Shown in pieces: positions 51,500 to 64,000 of a stretch of DNA of 64,000 nt (position 1 is its first letter; each line of letters begins with the position of its first letter). The position numbers and the translations under genes were made by a program. The DNA is from Camelus dromedarius (taxonomy: Eukaryota): the NCBI RefSeq assembly GCF_036321535.1, contig NC_087436.1:22384001-22448000 (forward strand), given 5' to 3'. The notes below the pieces were generated by a model, which did not search any database, had not been told where the DNA came from, and saw only the letters and a list, made by a program, of their open reading frames with translations.

Positions 51500-52480
51500 T
51501 CTTATTCAGGTTTTAATTGTTTTTAATAAATTATTTTAAATAAATAAATGTATTTTAAATATTATTTTTAAATTAAGTATTAAATTATTAATTTAGAAGT
51601 TAAATTTTAAAACAATTGTTTAAAATAAGTGTTTAAATTATTTAAAATAAAACACATATATATACGCACACACATATATGAAAGAAAACCAAACAGAACA
51701 GTGTAAAACAATTAGCAAAAGTCTCCCCCTCAACTCAGACTCCTGGTTCTTCTCCCCAGAGGTGACCACAGTTAACATTTTTCATGTATTCATCTATAAA
51801 ATACATATACAGAGATTAAAACTTTATACAAAATTTTGTAGCATGCTATAATTAATTTCTGTTTTGCTCTTTGCTTTTTGTTATATATTAAAAAATCTTT
51901 GATTTCTTTGCATCAAGACATTCAGATCTACCTCCTTTTTTCTTAGGTTGCTTGGGATACTATTGAACGGATGTATGATGATAGATTTGGCCATTCTCTT
52001 ATTGATGAACATCTGGGTGGTTCTAGTTTTGTCTTTTATATATAGTAATGCAAAGAATGTTTATACAATTACTGTAGCATACTTTGATATAAATATATAG
52101 AGAAAAAACTTTAGAAATTACATTGTTGGGTCATATATCCATTTTAAGTACTGACAGGTATTGGTAAATAAAAGTAAAAAAGTCAAAAATAAAAGTAAAA
52201 GTTTTAAAATAACAATATTCATCACCACCAATAGTGTCTCAGAATGCTAATTTTCCCAATACTTTACCAATCTATTATCAATATTTTAAAACTTTTCCCA
52301 AGCTAGTGAAGAGAAGAATATTGTGCTTCAATTTGCGTTTTCACAGTTACTACCACTGTTAAATATTCTTTCATGTGCTTATATTGGCAATTAGGTATTT
52401 TTCTTGTTGTTGTGATGGCTTATTTGTACTTTTCTTCCTTTTTTTAAAAAAACATTTTTTCCTTACTGATTTGTTAGTTC
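51500..52480 (-). mobile_element. L1ME-type 3' region
   Basis: TCCCCAGAGGTGACCACAGTTAACA; TATTGATGAACATCTGGGTGGTTCTAG. Confidence 0.7.
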
Positions 52481-52519
52481 TGATAGTCTGAACCTTAATC
52501 TATTGTCTATTCTGTCTCA

Positions 52520-54190
52520 TTCTAAAGTTTATATGAAGAGACAAACAGCCCAGAATAACCAACACAATACGAAAGAAGATCGTTTCGTTAGGAGGACTAA
52601 CACTACCTGACTTCAAGACTTACTAAAAAGACAAGTAATCAAGACACTGTGATGCTAAAGAAAGAACAGACAAACAGATCAATGGGACAAAATATAGAGC
52701 CCAGAAATAGACACACACAAATATAGTCAGCAGATCTTTGACAAAAGGGCAAAGGCAATGCAGTGGAGTAAAATAGTCTTTTCAACAACTGGTGCGGGAA
52801 CAACTGGACATCCATATGCCAAAAAAATGAACCTAGATACAGACCTTACACCTTTCACAGAAATTATCTGAAAATAAGTCATAAACCTAAAAGTAAAATT
52901 CAAAACTATAAAACTCATAGAATATAATGTAGAAGGTAACCTAGATAACCTTGAGTATGGTGGTGACTTACTACATACACTGGCATGATCCATGAAATAA
53001 ATAATCGATAAGCTGGACTTGGTTAAAGCTCAAAACTTGAGCTCTATAAAAGACAAAGTCAAAAGAATGAGAAGACAAGTCACAAACAGAGAGAAAATAT
53101 TTGCAAAAGATACATCTAATAGAGGACTATTATCCAAAATACACAAAGAACTCTTGAAACTCAACAAGTGAAATCAAACAACCTGATTTTAAAATGACTT
53201 TGACAGACACCTCACCAAAGAAGATATACAGATGGCATATTAGCATATGAAATGATGTTTTACATCATATGTCATCAGGGAAATGCACATTAAAACAAGA
53301 TACCATTATACACCTATTAGAACAGCCAAAACTTGGAACACTGACAACGCCAAACACTGACAAAGGTGCAGAGCAACAGGAATTATCATTCACTGCTGGT
53401 GGGAATGCAAAATAATACACCACTTTGGAAGATAGTTTGGCTATTTCTACAATACTAAACATACCCTTATCATATGATCTAGCAATTGTGCTCCTTGGTA
53501 TTTATACAAATGAGCTGAAAGCATGTCCACACAAAAACCTGCACATGGTCTTTTATAGCAGCTTTATTCATAATTGCCAAAATTTGGACCAACTAAGGCA
53601 TCCCTCAGTAAGTGAAGTGATAAATAAATTAGGGTACATCCAGACAACGGGATATTACTCAGTGATAAAAAAAAAAAAAAACTGAGCTAACAAACCATAA
53701 AAAGACATGGAGGAAACTGAAATGCATATTACCAAGTGAAGGAAGCCAATCTGAAAAAGCTGCTTACCATGTAATTCGAGCAGTATTACATTCTGGAAAA
53801 AGCAAAACTATGGAGACAGTAAGAGGATAGTTGTTTGACAGGGATTGGGGTGGTGGGGGGTACAAATAGACAGAGCACAGGCAATTTTTAGGACAGTGAA
53901 AATACTCCATATGATACTATAATGATGAGTACGTGTCATTATACATTTGTTCAAACACATCGATGGACAATACCAAGAGTGAACCCTGGGATACATTACC
54001 GATTTTGGGTGATTGCGAAGTGCTGATGTAACTTCACCAATTGTAACAAATGTATTGCCCTGGTGGGAGATGTTGATAATGGGGAGGTTATGCATTTGTG
54101 AAGAGAGGTGGTAAAAGGGAAATCTCTGTCCTGTCCTCTCACTTTTGCTGTAAACATACAACTGCTCTTAAAAAATAGTCTTATCTAAAA
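52520..54190 (+). mobile_element. L1MC-type ORF2 C-terminus plus 3' UTR
   Basis: CTACCTGACTTCAAGACTTACTA; ORF relic PLSYDLAIVLLGIY...GYYSVIKK; terminus GAAATCTCTGT...ACTGCTCTTAAAAAAT. Confidence 0.95.
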
Positions 54191-54311
54191 CAAACACACA
54201 CACATACACACAGACATTACCCAGGGTACAGAGAACTGGGAGGTGAATCTGGCATGTGGAGTCTTTCCTCAAGCCAAGGGCATTTGTTTTTGACACTTCC
54301 ATGAGTCTAGA

Positions 54312-54435
54312 GCAAGTATCAGCAAATGTTTTATCATAAAACACCAGGTAGTAAATATTTTAGGTTTTGAGAGCAACATATAATTTGTTGCATACTCCTT
54401 TTTTTTTAATTTTTTCAACTCTTTAAAAATATTTT
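54312..54435 (+). mobile_element. MER58-like hAT fragment
   Basis: TCAGCAAATGTTTT...CCAGGTAGTAAATATTTTAGGTTTTG. Confidence 0.6.
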
Positions 54436-54772
54436 TAAAAATTGGGAGATAGTGATGATGATTTCACAACATCACGATGATAATCAGTGGAATTGCACAC
54501 TTAAAAGTGGTTAATAAAGGATAGACCAACTTCAAACAACAGAAAATGCCTTTCCTGCTCTTTCCCCTTCTGTCATCTTGAAGCAGCTAACAGGGAAAGT
54601 TCAGAAGCCAAGCGCGGACGATGACAGAGCCGTAGTCAGGAAGAAGCCTGACTGGGTCATCAGAAGGAAGAGAGCTACCTGAAATCAGGACTGCCTGTTG
54701 TGGATTTGACATGAGAAATAATTTTGATCATTTAAGGGAGCTTACCACTTTAATATGTATACTGCTATAACC

Positions 54773-54811
<39 letters not shown>

Positions 54812-54914
54812 AAATACATATTATATACTATATACCAATAAATGATGCACACACTGTAGTTACAATTATATATATACACATATTATATACTATATACTAT
54901 ATACCAATAAATGA
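54773..54914 (+). repeat. (TA)n plus a ~30-bp duplicated AT-rich unit
   Basis: CATATTATATACTATATAC...CAATAAATGA occurs twice. Confidence 0.85.
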
Positions 54915-56763
54915 GGGCTAAAATAAAAGGAAATCCAGAATCCACTTTTCAAGATACATAATCTTTTCATTGTCAAACAAGTGTCTAAATAAAAAAGGCT
55001 TAATTTATTATGTTGATTTTAACATTTTCAAGCTTGTTCCCTGGCATGAGTTATTTAGCCTTTCTGAGCATCACGTTTTCAAGGTTATAATGCCTACTTC
55101 TTAATACTGTTTAAGGATGATAAAAAAATGTCCCTTAAATTGTACCTGGCACAAAATAGTCCCTCAAGGTGTGTTCTCTCACTCTTACAGCTTTAGATGT
55201 TGCCCTAATGTCAACCAACACCAACAATATCACAGTAAAATAAAGAGAGAAACACTTCTTTATTCATGATATCCTGGTGTAGTTTGATACAGAATCAATA
55301 TCTCCAATGTTTTTCCAGAATTAGAGGTGAATCACAAATCTATCTTTATTAGTTCATTGTAGTTCACTATCTTCCCTAAATTAGGTTAAAACTTTAATTT
55401 TCTAAAACAAATGAGTGTAAACCCACCAATGGAAAAAAAAAATCCATACCTTAATAAAGTATATTTCATTTAAACGTTCTTTCATTTCCTACTTACTCTC
55501 CAGGGCCTCTTAGAACACAGCCAAATTAGAATCCTTAATTATAAGTAGCCATTTGGAATTGCTTAATCAATGCTGATTTACAACAGAACGCATAGACCGA
55601 CCTTATAATCATAACTGCTTTCTAAATGAATTTCTAAGTATGTATATCTGGGTGTGTCATGGAATCTTCCTTTTGATTTCTCTAGATAGTGTCAATTAAA
55701 CTGGTTAGAAGTGGATCTAAGTGCCTGTAGTATACAGACACATCTTCTTACGAGGAGTAAGAATTTCTTTCTAATGCAATATTTACCCTAGAGGCATCTA
55801 ATCTCTTTACAAACTCTTGTGAGCTTCAGGGAGCCCTGGAATGAGGACCATAGGGTATAAATGTGCCAATAATATGGTGCTATGATTCTAAAGAATTGTA
55901 TGTAATTTTAAAACACCTTAAATGATTTTATAAGGAGGAGACCTAGGTGGTGTTCTAATGAAGCAAACACTGAAGAAAAACATTTATATAACTTGATAGC
56001 AATCTTTATTTCTTGCTATGTTTGTTGCTTCTAAATACAGTATTTGGCCGGTGTTGAAAGGTACTGCTAACTACTGTTAGCTCCCCCAGGGATGTTTATC
56101 TGAGTGAAAGAATACTGTGATTTCTACTCACTGATGGTTTCCTTTATATAAACAAAATCTTTTGTTTAATACTATTTTCATTAAGCCAAACATGATTGTT
56201 AGGGTACACTTATTCATATTATTAGGAAGCTGATTTATTCCACTTATGCACCTGGGTTTGAGAAATAACCACATTCCTTATTAAATCATTTAGTTAATAA
56301 TCAAAGCCTTCTTAAGACTTATGTATCTTACCCATTTTTTTGATTCTTCACAGCAGTCCTGCTATCGAATTCCTTTCAGGTAGCATTTTTGTATTTTTTC
56401 ATTGACTTCCATTTATCAGTGACAGACTATTCTTTAGGAAAAAACAAGTGTGACTCAGACCAAGATTAAAGGCTTTTTTCAGATGATAAGCATCAGGTTA
56501 ACTCCCCAAGTGGAAGCAGGCTGGAGTTTCAGAAGGTGAGAGGACTGTGACAAATGTCCTTATTGTTTGACTCTGGTGGAAGTTTTGTCTTTCAACAGCT
56601 GAACACTTGCAGATGGAGAATTTCTGGGTTTCGTGCTCTGGCTCAGGACTGTTAGTGCAATTCCATCCTGATACCTATCATAATGGTACTTTTCCAGAAC
56701 TGTTTTTGCAAGTCTTTCAGTCTACCAGACTCTGAGGAGGAGTTTATAGAGGTAGCGAAAAAC

Positions 56764-57165
<402 letters not shown>

Positions 57166-57633
57166 CTACAAAGGAAAAGCTGGGGACTTTCCATTATGTC
57201 TGCTTGTCCTTTCACATAACACAGAAAATGAAATGCCTCATTCTATATGTGTCTTCATTCAAATTGTCCTTGTTTTTATTACACACAGTAAGAAGCAAGA
57301 AAGGATTCTTACCATGTAACATGTCTACATTCCTACCATATGAAAAATCTAGCTGGACTAGCCACAATTTCCTGTTCTATCCTGCCTACAGACTAGCCAC
57401 CTTCTGGGTTTGTTTCTGACACCTCTTTTCTATCTTCTACTTGAAGTTATTGCTCTGGTTTTCATACTAAGCTTAGCTTTACACATTAGCTCTTCCTTTA
57501 ACAACATTGCTAAAACCTTGAAAATTTCATAGTCTCCCTTTTGACCAGGAATACTTTCTTGAAGACTTTGGAATTACAACATCTCAGCAATATTAGACCA
57601 TGACCTTAAGAAACACATTTGAATAAGACATAC

Positions 57634-57746
57634 CTTCTTAGGCAGAAAACATTGCCTTCCCTTCCCGTAGTACCACTTGGAAGATGTACACTGGTGGTGG
57701 TAGTGTCACACACGTCCTTCGAGGCTTTCAGCAGTGGTTGTGCCAT
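57634..57746 (-). other. Candidate 113-nt exon
   Basis: Acceptor TTTGTTTTTAACTTCTAAATGTAG| and donor AAG|GTATGT; GC-richer than flanks; keeps 3 CpGs; one open frame. Confidence 0.3.
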
Positions 57747-59174
57747 CTACATTTAGAAGTTAAAAACAAATTTTTAACATAGCATATTTTTCATACAAAT
57801 GGAACATTCATTGCTTAATAGGAGTTCAAACACACAAAAACTATCTTAGAACTACTGCTTAGCATATTGACCTTTATTTCAATCTCCTTCCCAGAAAAGT
57901 ATGATTGGCACACATGGGACCAAATGTGAATGAAAATCAGTAATTATCAACATTGTTCCTTTCTTTGGGATTCATAATTTATTGGAATTGTCTGTACTTA
58001 TGAAAAACAAAGCTCTCTGAGAGAAGATGCTTTGGCAATTTTTAAGCTTTTTTTTTAATTTTTAAGTTTTTTACACTAACAGAGATGCACATGTCATTAA
58101 AGATTGATTTGTGATTGATTTGTACTGTAAACATTCAAAGTATCTTAGCATAACATTAATTTAGGTATAAGTCATTTTACTTTCCACCCCAGAGCAGGTG
58201 TGTCTAGAGACCAACAAGCAGGTGGACCTGGCGCTTTGCTGAAATCCAATAACTATTCAGTCAATCAGTTCACTCTCTTGATGGTTAACCTGCCCAAGAA
58301 GGCTATAAAATATTCATTTCACTCCTTTAAAGTCATTCACAAGAAACTGATGGCTTATATATCCTATTTCAAGAGGGCGCCTTGGCATTTATCTGCCTGA
58401 AGTGGAGAGAGAAGCAGACTTTGGGTAATTGGAATGTGAACCTCAGATACATAAAAGAAAACTATTCGTTAGGTCACAATATGCACCAGACCCACGTCAT
58501 GAAATCCCACTATCTGCAAGGTTCTGTTTCTTTCCTTCCACTGTTTATAGCTTGAACTGCTTGTGCTGCCATCAGTTGAATTCTCATAAACAGAACTGAA
58601 CCATGTTGGTGTTGCCACAAGGGCTGACATGGATGACCAGAAAGTGCAGGTAGTTGATGGGTGTGTAGAATGTGGGGTATATGCCTTCAGAAAACTAAAA
58701 CCATCTGCTACCAGTCGGTTCCTAAGTATTTATGCTAGTTAAATAATATTTTGTGGCCATATCCATTTTAGCCAATGTTTTCCATACTCCAACGTAGAAT
58801 GGCACATCCTTTCTGCCTAAATATGTTCCTGAGATCCAATGGTTTGGAGTTTGTTATTTTGAATTATGGACAAGGAAGGAAGGAATAAAAATTTTCTAAT
58901 TCACTAGAGACCACTGATTATATGACTACTGGCATGAAAATAAACTGCTTCTCAATATTTAGATCTAGAACATAGTAAATAATACCATCAATAAGATTTA
59001 TGTCTAGACCTTCAAAGACAGGAGATTTCAACTAGAAGCCCTAAAGTTTTATTTTGGTTTTAGTGAGAAATCGAATTTTTAGACCATCAGATTGGAACTG
59101 CTTTAAAGTTCTTGCCAACAGTATCAAGCAGCAACAGTACACCTTAGTGATCTTTAATCACCAAGGAAAGTACA

Positions 59175-59295
59175 GAAGGAAGGATAGACAAAAGGACAAA
59201 TGGTAGGAAGGAAGGATGGAAGGGAGGGAGGAAGGAAGTGAGAATGGAAGGAAGGAAGGGAAGGAAGGAGGGAGAAAGGGAGGGAGGGAAGGAGG
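59175..59295 (+). repeat. Degenerate (GGAA)n repeat
   Basis: Directly visible. Confidence 0.9.
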
Positions 59296-60649
59296 TCAAC
59301 ATGTACAAGGTAGCTCCATTCTCTAATTTATGGGCTTAATATTGAGCTTGCATAAATTCATGGAGGATAAACTTCCATAAGTTTACATCTATGTGGGCAA
59401 AAGTATTCTCTCCTTTCTTCACACTTTTCCAAGTAGGAACAGCGTAGCTCATCCTGCAATTGCTCAAATCCAGTTCCGTGAACATGATGCCATCAGTTCA
59501 ATTGTCCCTACGGCAAATGCAGAACCTCTGGAATTTAAGAATCATCCCAGTTTCAAAGCACTTGCATTTCTGTCCCCCATTCCAAGTACAGTGTAGTTCA
59601 GTGATGGAGCCAAATGGCCTTACTCACATCAGACTGACTCTTAAAAAGCTTCAAATGGGAAGATGAAATCAAGCACATTCATTCTGGATGTTTATTGGTG
59701 AAAGAATGACTGAAATTAGGGAGTAAACTGGGGTCAGTCTTTGAAGATAGAAAGTGTGTCCTGAACATGATGATGAAGTATTGTCTAAAGAAACTTGCTA
59801 TTAAAATGAGGAGTTCATCTGGGCTCTGGGGGTTGGTGAGGAATTGAGTTTTTTTGAAATTTGGGGGAAATGAATACTCCCCCTCTCTAATTCCATTTTA
59901 TTTGAAAGTTAACAGCCTAAAACTGTTGCACATTTCAAGCTGTTTGCTGAGCCTGGAAGCTTTTTGTTTCAGATTAATCCCGTAGTGACTGCCTCCACCC
60001 CCATTGTTTTCTTTATTAGGAAGCAAAGATTCCCATATGTTTCCATGTAAGACAGAATGACTCAGGCGTTTTATATTTAATGCACCCTTGGATAGCTGCT
60101 TTAGATTTTATATGCTGGTACAAGAGCATAGCAATCGACTGTGACACCGTCTGTCGATGAAATGTAGAGAATGGCCCAGGAGACAGAGAGTTTTATGTTC
60201 CAGCTGAAAATAGGCAGAAGATCTGTTCAACCTATTATTTGCCAATATCTCACAAATGGACCCTTGGTTCCAGCATTAAATCTAATCAAATAATAACAGT
60301 GATGAGGTTGCCTTGACCAGTGTAGAGGGCAGATGCAAGATGCTTATCCCCTAATACCCCTCAGCAACCAGCAATATATTTACAGGAACTTATGGCTGGA
60401 GCAGAAAGGAAGAACTGTGTGAAAGGACTTCCATTTTCTCAAAATGAGTTCTGCCAACATTACCCACTACCACATTCTTTTCTCCATGGTCTGTGTCTTC
60501 AATCCATGTGGGGGAACTTTGCCTGAGATATGTAGTTTCTGCGGGTCCCCGGATTATCAACCCAGGGAGTTGAAATGACAAAAATACACTTACCCATTTC
60601 CATTTTTATACATCAAAGTTAAACTTGCTTCATCATTCCTTTTTAGCAA

Positions 60650-61900
60650 GATTCACTAGGTCAAAAAATTTGCTTCTTATCAAAACCTTGAGAATCATTC
60701 TCCATCCTTGTCTAAAAATCCATGGTCACCAAGTCCTTTAGACACTACACTAAATATTTCTTACTTTTGTCTCTTCTTCAGCTAATTTGTTAATGAAATC
60801 TCAATAGTTCTACTTGCTTTATGTTAATGGATTCGTAACTAATCGCCTGTATCCAGTGCCCTCTCCCCTTTATCTATTACCTGTAAAACCATTATCCAAA
60901 CTGGTGTCAAACTCAAAATTGAACTGAACAAAAATTAAACAGGCAAGGAAGACTTTATTCAAGACTATTGATTGTTACAGGGTAAAGATGGCACTCAACT
61001 CCACTGAAATGAAAGGCTGGAGAGTTTTGAAGAGCTGGGAGGAATTGTATGACACCCTGCCTGCCAACCAGGGTTTGCTAACTGGTCTTACCCATTGGAA
61101 AAGTAAACTTTCTCCTACCTTCATAATAAGAGGTAGTTTTGGAACAAGTAGACTCCACCCTCCTGCAGAGGCTGGGAGATGGAGGGGCTATCTTATTGAT
61201 GATTACATTTCAAAGAGATGGTCCCTAGGTCCTTGAGGAAGACATTCCCTGGGTTGTAAAACCGGCAAGAGGCTTTTAAGAAGATTTACATACATCTCAA
61301 AGAAACAGAGAGAGAACATGCAATTACAAGTTTTCTAAAGTAAATGTTCTAAGACAGGGAGGTCAGGGCCCTAAAGACCAGAAGAAATCTGCCTAAAGTT
61401 TAGTCAAGCTGAAGGGACATTTAAGGCCTTCTTAGTCACTGGCAGCAGAGGGATCTTTCAAAAATGCAAATATAGACATCTGAGTTCCCTGCTTAAATAT
61501 CCCTGATTCCTGTTCTCACATGGGATAGAACTGAAATTCCGAACTTGTCCTGTAAGAACTAATTTTCGTTATCTGGTGCCCTAAATACTTTTCTGGTCTC
61601 TGCGCTTCAGATATAGTGGAATATTTGCAAATCTCTAACCATAGTGTATCTGTCTTGTCTCCGTGCCTTCATACCTTCACACCTGCTGCTCTTTCTATTG
61701 AGGGTAATTTCTGTGCCTTGTTTTCCTATCAAACTCCTCTGTTACCACCTCCGTGAAGAAGTTGTGACTCCTTCGCTGACCACATGGCAACTTTCACATA
61801 ATTCTAGCATGGACTTATAAGATTGTGTTACCACTTGGCATTTCTGTCTCTTGAGAGTTGGAGCAGGAATAAGTAGAAGTTGTATATTTTTCATATTATA
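60650..61900 (+). mobile_element. L2 fragment split by MER67
   Basis: AAACCTTGAGAATCATTCT, GTCACCAAGTCCT, GCAGAGGGATCTTTCAAAAATGCAAAT. Confidence 0.65.
60905..61438 (-). mobile_element. MER67-type ERV1 solo LTR
   Basis: TG...CA; perfect TSD CTGG (60901-60904 / 61439-61442); minus start TGACTAAGAAGGCCTTAAATGTCCCTTCAGCTTGACTAAACTTTAG. Confidence 0.9.
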
Positions 61901-62774
61901 TTCCTATTACCCATTTGAGTACCAATTACCTTGAAACTACTCCTTTAATATTTTTTAAATAAACTAATAATGTAGTTCTTAGAAATAATACTAGGAACCA
62001 CAAATGGAGCTTGCAAATATTCTCAATGGTATCAAATTACCATCTTTTGAGGATAGGGTTTTAAAAACATAATAATCAAGTATAAGTTGGAACTATATTT
62101 GAATAAAGAGTATGATTAAGCTGATTTTAAAAATCTGTAATAACTTTTTTCAGGTGCTTTTTAAAATTAGCTCTTAAGGTTTTAAGCAAAAAGCATATCA
62201 TTTAAATGAGGATCTAGATCCAAGGACTTACAAGGACAACATTGAATTAGATAAATGAGACTGATATGTTTGTTAGAAAATTAGTCTCAGCACTATATTG
62301 GTATTTGCCAAGTAGCTCTGGGGAGGGCTGGGTCATCTGTGAGTTCTTAATAAATATACGTCGACTAATCATTTTAGAATAACCCATTGTTTAAGGCATC
62401 CCAGCAAAATAGAAATCAGGTCCCCCTGGCTTAAAAAGCTTAACACATTTGCAACACTATAAAATCATGCTCCGTGTGATAATGATTCCATTAGTCAGGC
62501 TTCCTGTAATGCTCAGGCACTTCCCCACTGCACAGTTGCTTTACACCTGCTAGTGAATGATCCTCACTCACTAAGTAGGCGAAGTCCTATTTAAAGTTAG
62601 GTTCATATCTGTGAACATGAATTATTTAAATCCCTAAAGTCTTTGGGGGGAAAAAGACATTTTAAAACTTCTTTAAATGATAGCTCAAATCTGGCTACAT
62701 TAAGTTAACTCCATAGACAGGGAAACATATCAGGTCCTATCTGTTTGACAAAAAATAAGATAGGAAATTTTAAA

Positions 62775-64000
62775 AAAAGTATTTTTCATTGAATATAATT
62801 TATACACCGTGCAATACAGAAATCTTAAGTGTGTACATCAAAGGTTTGATAAATGCATATGTTAGTATAATCCACACGTCTACAAAGTCATGGAATATCT
62901 TCATCACCACAGAAATTTCCCATGTGTCCCTTCCCAGTTAAAATTTCTCCTGAAGAAAATATCATTTGTTTTGCTGGCTCTAGAGCATTATATAAGTGGA
63001 ATCTTACAGTAAGAGATACTGTTAGGTCTCTCTCCTTTCATTTAGCATGGTTTTGGTGAACTTCATAACAATGACTCTCAAGATTCATGTTTCATCAATT
63101 TGTCCCCTTTTTTAAAATTGAAAAATAGTTGATTGTAATACATTTCAAGTGTACAGCAAAGTGACTCAGTTATATATATATATATTCTTTTCCAGATTCT
63201 TATCCATTCTAGGTTATTAAAAGATGTTGACTATAGTTCCCTGTGCTATACAGTAAGTTCTTGTTCTTTATCTATTTTATATATAGCAGTGTGTATATGT
63301 TACTCCTAAACTCCTAATTTATCCCTCTCCTCTCCTTTCTCCTTTGGTAACCATAGTTTGTTTTCTGTCTGTGCATCTGTTTCTGGTTTATAAATAAGTT
63401 GATTTGTATCTTTTTTTTTTTTTTTTTTTTTAGATTTCACAAATAAGTGAAATTATATCCTTTTTTTTATTACAGAGTAGTATTTAATTGTATGACTATA
63501 CTACATTTTGTTAATCTGTTCTTTTGTTGGTGGACCCTGGGTCTATTTCCATTTTGAGGCTATTACAAATAAAAGTCATTGTATCTAGGAGTGCAGTGGC
63601 TGGCTTGTATGGTAAGTATATGTTTAACTTCATAAGAAATTGCCAAACTGTCTCCCAAAGTTGTTATACTCTTTAACACACCCAAAAGCAGTGAATCAGA
63701 GTTTTAGTCGCTCTGCATCCTCTCCAGCATCTGGTGTTATCATTTTTTCCATTGCAACTGTTTTAGTTGGTGTGCAGTAGATTGTCACTGTGGCTTTGAA
63801 TTGCATTTGCCTGATGACTAATGATGTTGAGCATATCTTCATGTGCTTATTGGCTATTTGTATATCTTCCCTGGTGAGATATCTGTCAAGTCTTTTACAC
63901 GTTGGGATCTTTGTCTTTTTATTATAAAATTGCAAGAGTTCTGTGAAATAAAATTCACATTTTATGGCAAGACAAAAAAAATTTGAACATAAAAAATTTT
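62775..64000 (-). mobile_element. Old L1 (L1MB/MC-type) 3' region with a nested younger L1 tail
   Basis: ORF2 relic LDRYLTREDIQIANKHMKICSTSLVIRQMQFK; 3' UTR motifs at 62.8-63.1 kb. Confidence 0.85.
63106..63460 (-). mobile_element. Artiodactyl L1 extreme 3' end inserted in the older L1
   Basis: TTCAAGTGTACAGCAAAGTGACTCAGTTATA...TATAGTTCCCTGTGCTATACAGTA...CCTTTGGTAACCATA. Confidence 0.85.

Noticed and set aside
51500..54190. Opposed L1 pieces as a twin-priming inversion
   Set aside because: Each piece has its own 3' UTR and they appear to be different subfamilies
58567..59503. TGCCATCAGTT(G/C)AATT present twice ~920 bp apart
   Set aside because: A 15/16 match at this range is about chance expectation for a window of this size

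Overview
This window is AT-rich eutherian mammal DNA, intergenic or deep-intronic. Two tRNA-derived SINEs match the camelid (Vic-1-type) SINE as I recall it, and I saw no Alu, B1, Bov or Can SINEs, so the source is probably a camelid. I recognise no protein-coding gene, tRNA, rRNA or CRISPR array. The listed ORFs are short chance ORFs, microsatellite artefacts, or relics of L1 ORF2 and Tigger transposase. Much of the window is interspersed repeat, often nested: L1, L2, MIR, MER5/MER44/MER45/MER58 DNA elements, MaLR/ERVL/ERV1 solo LTRs, and one truncated ERV with a tRNA-Lys-like PBS. The best leads are (i) an orphan polyadenylated minus-strand segment at ~45.4-46.3 kb, which may splice to a 113-nt exon at 57.6 kb, (ii) a possible LTR-driven transcript at 9.7-12.6 kb, and (iii) several motif-dense, enhancer- or promoter-like unique segments. 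Repeat family names come from remembered consensus sequences, not a database search, and the boundaries of old repeats are approximate. The sequence alone does not support a claim of a new biological system.
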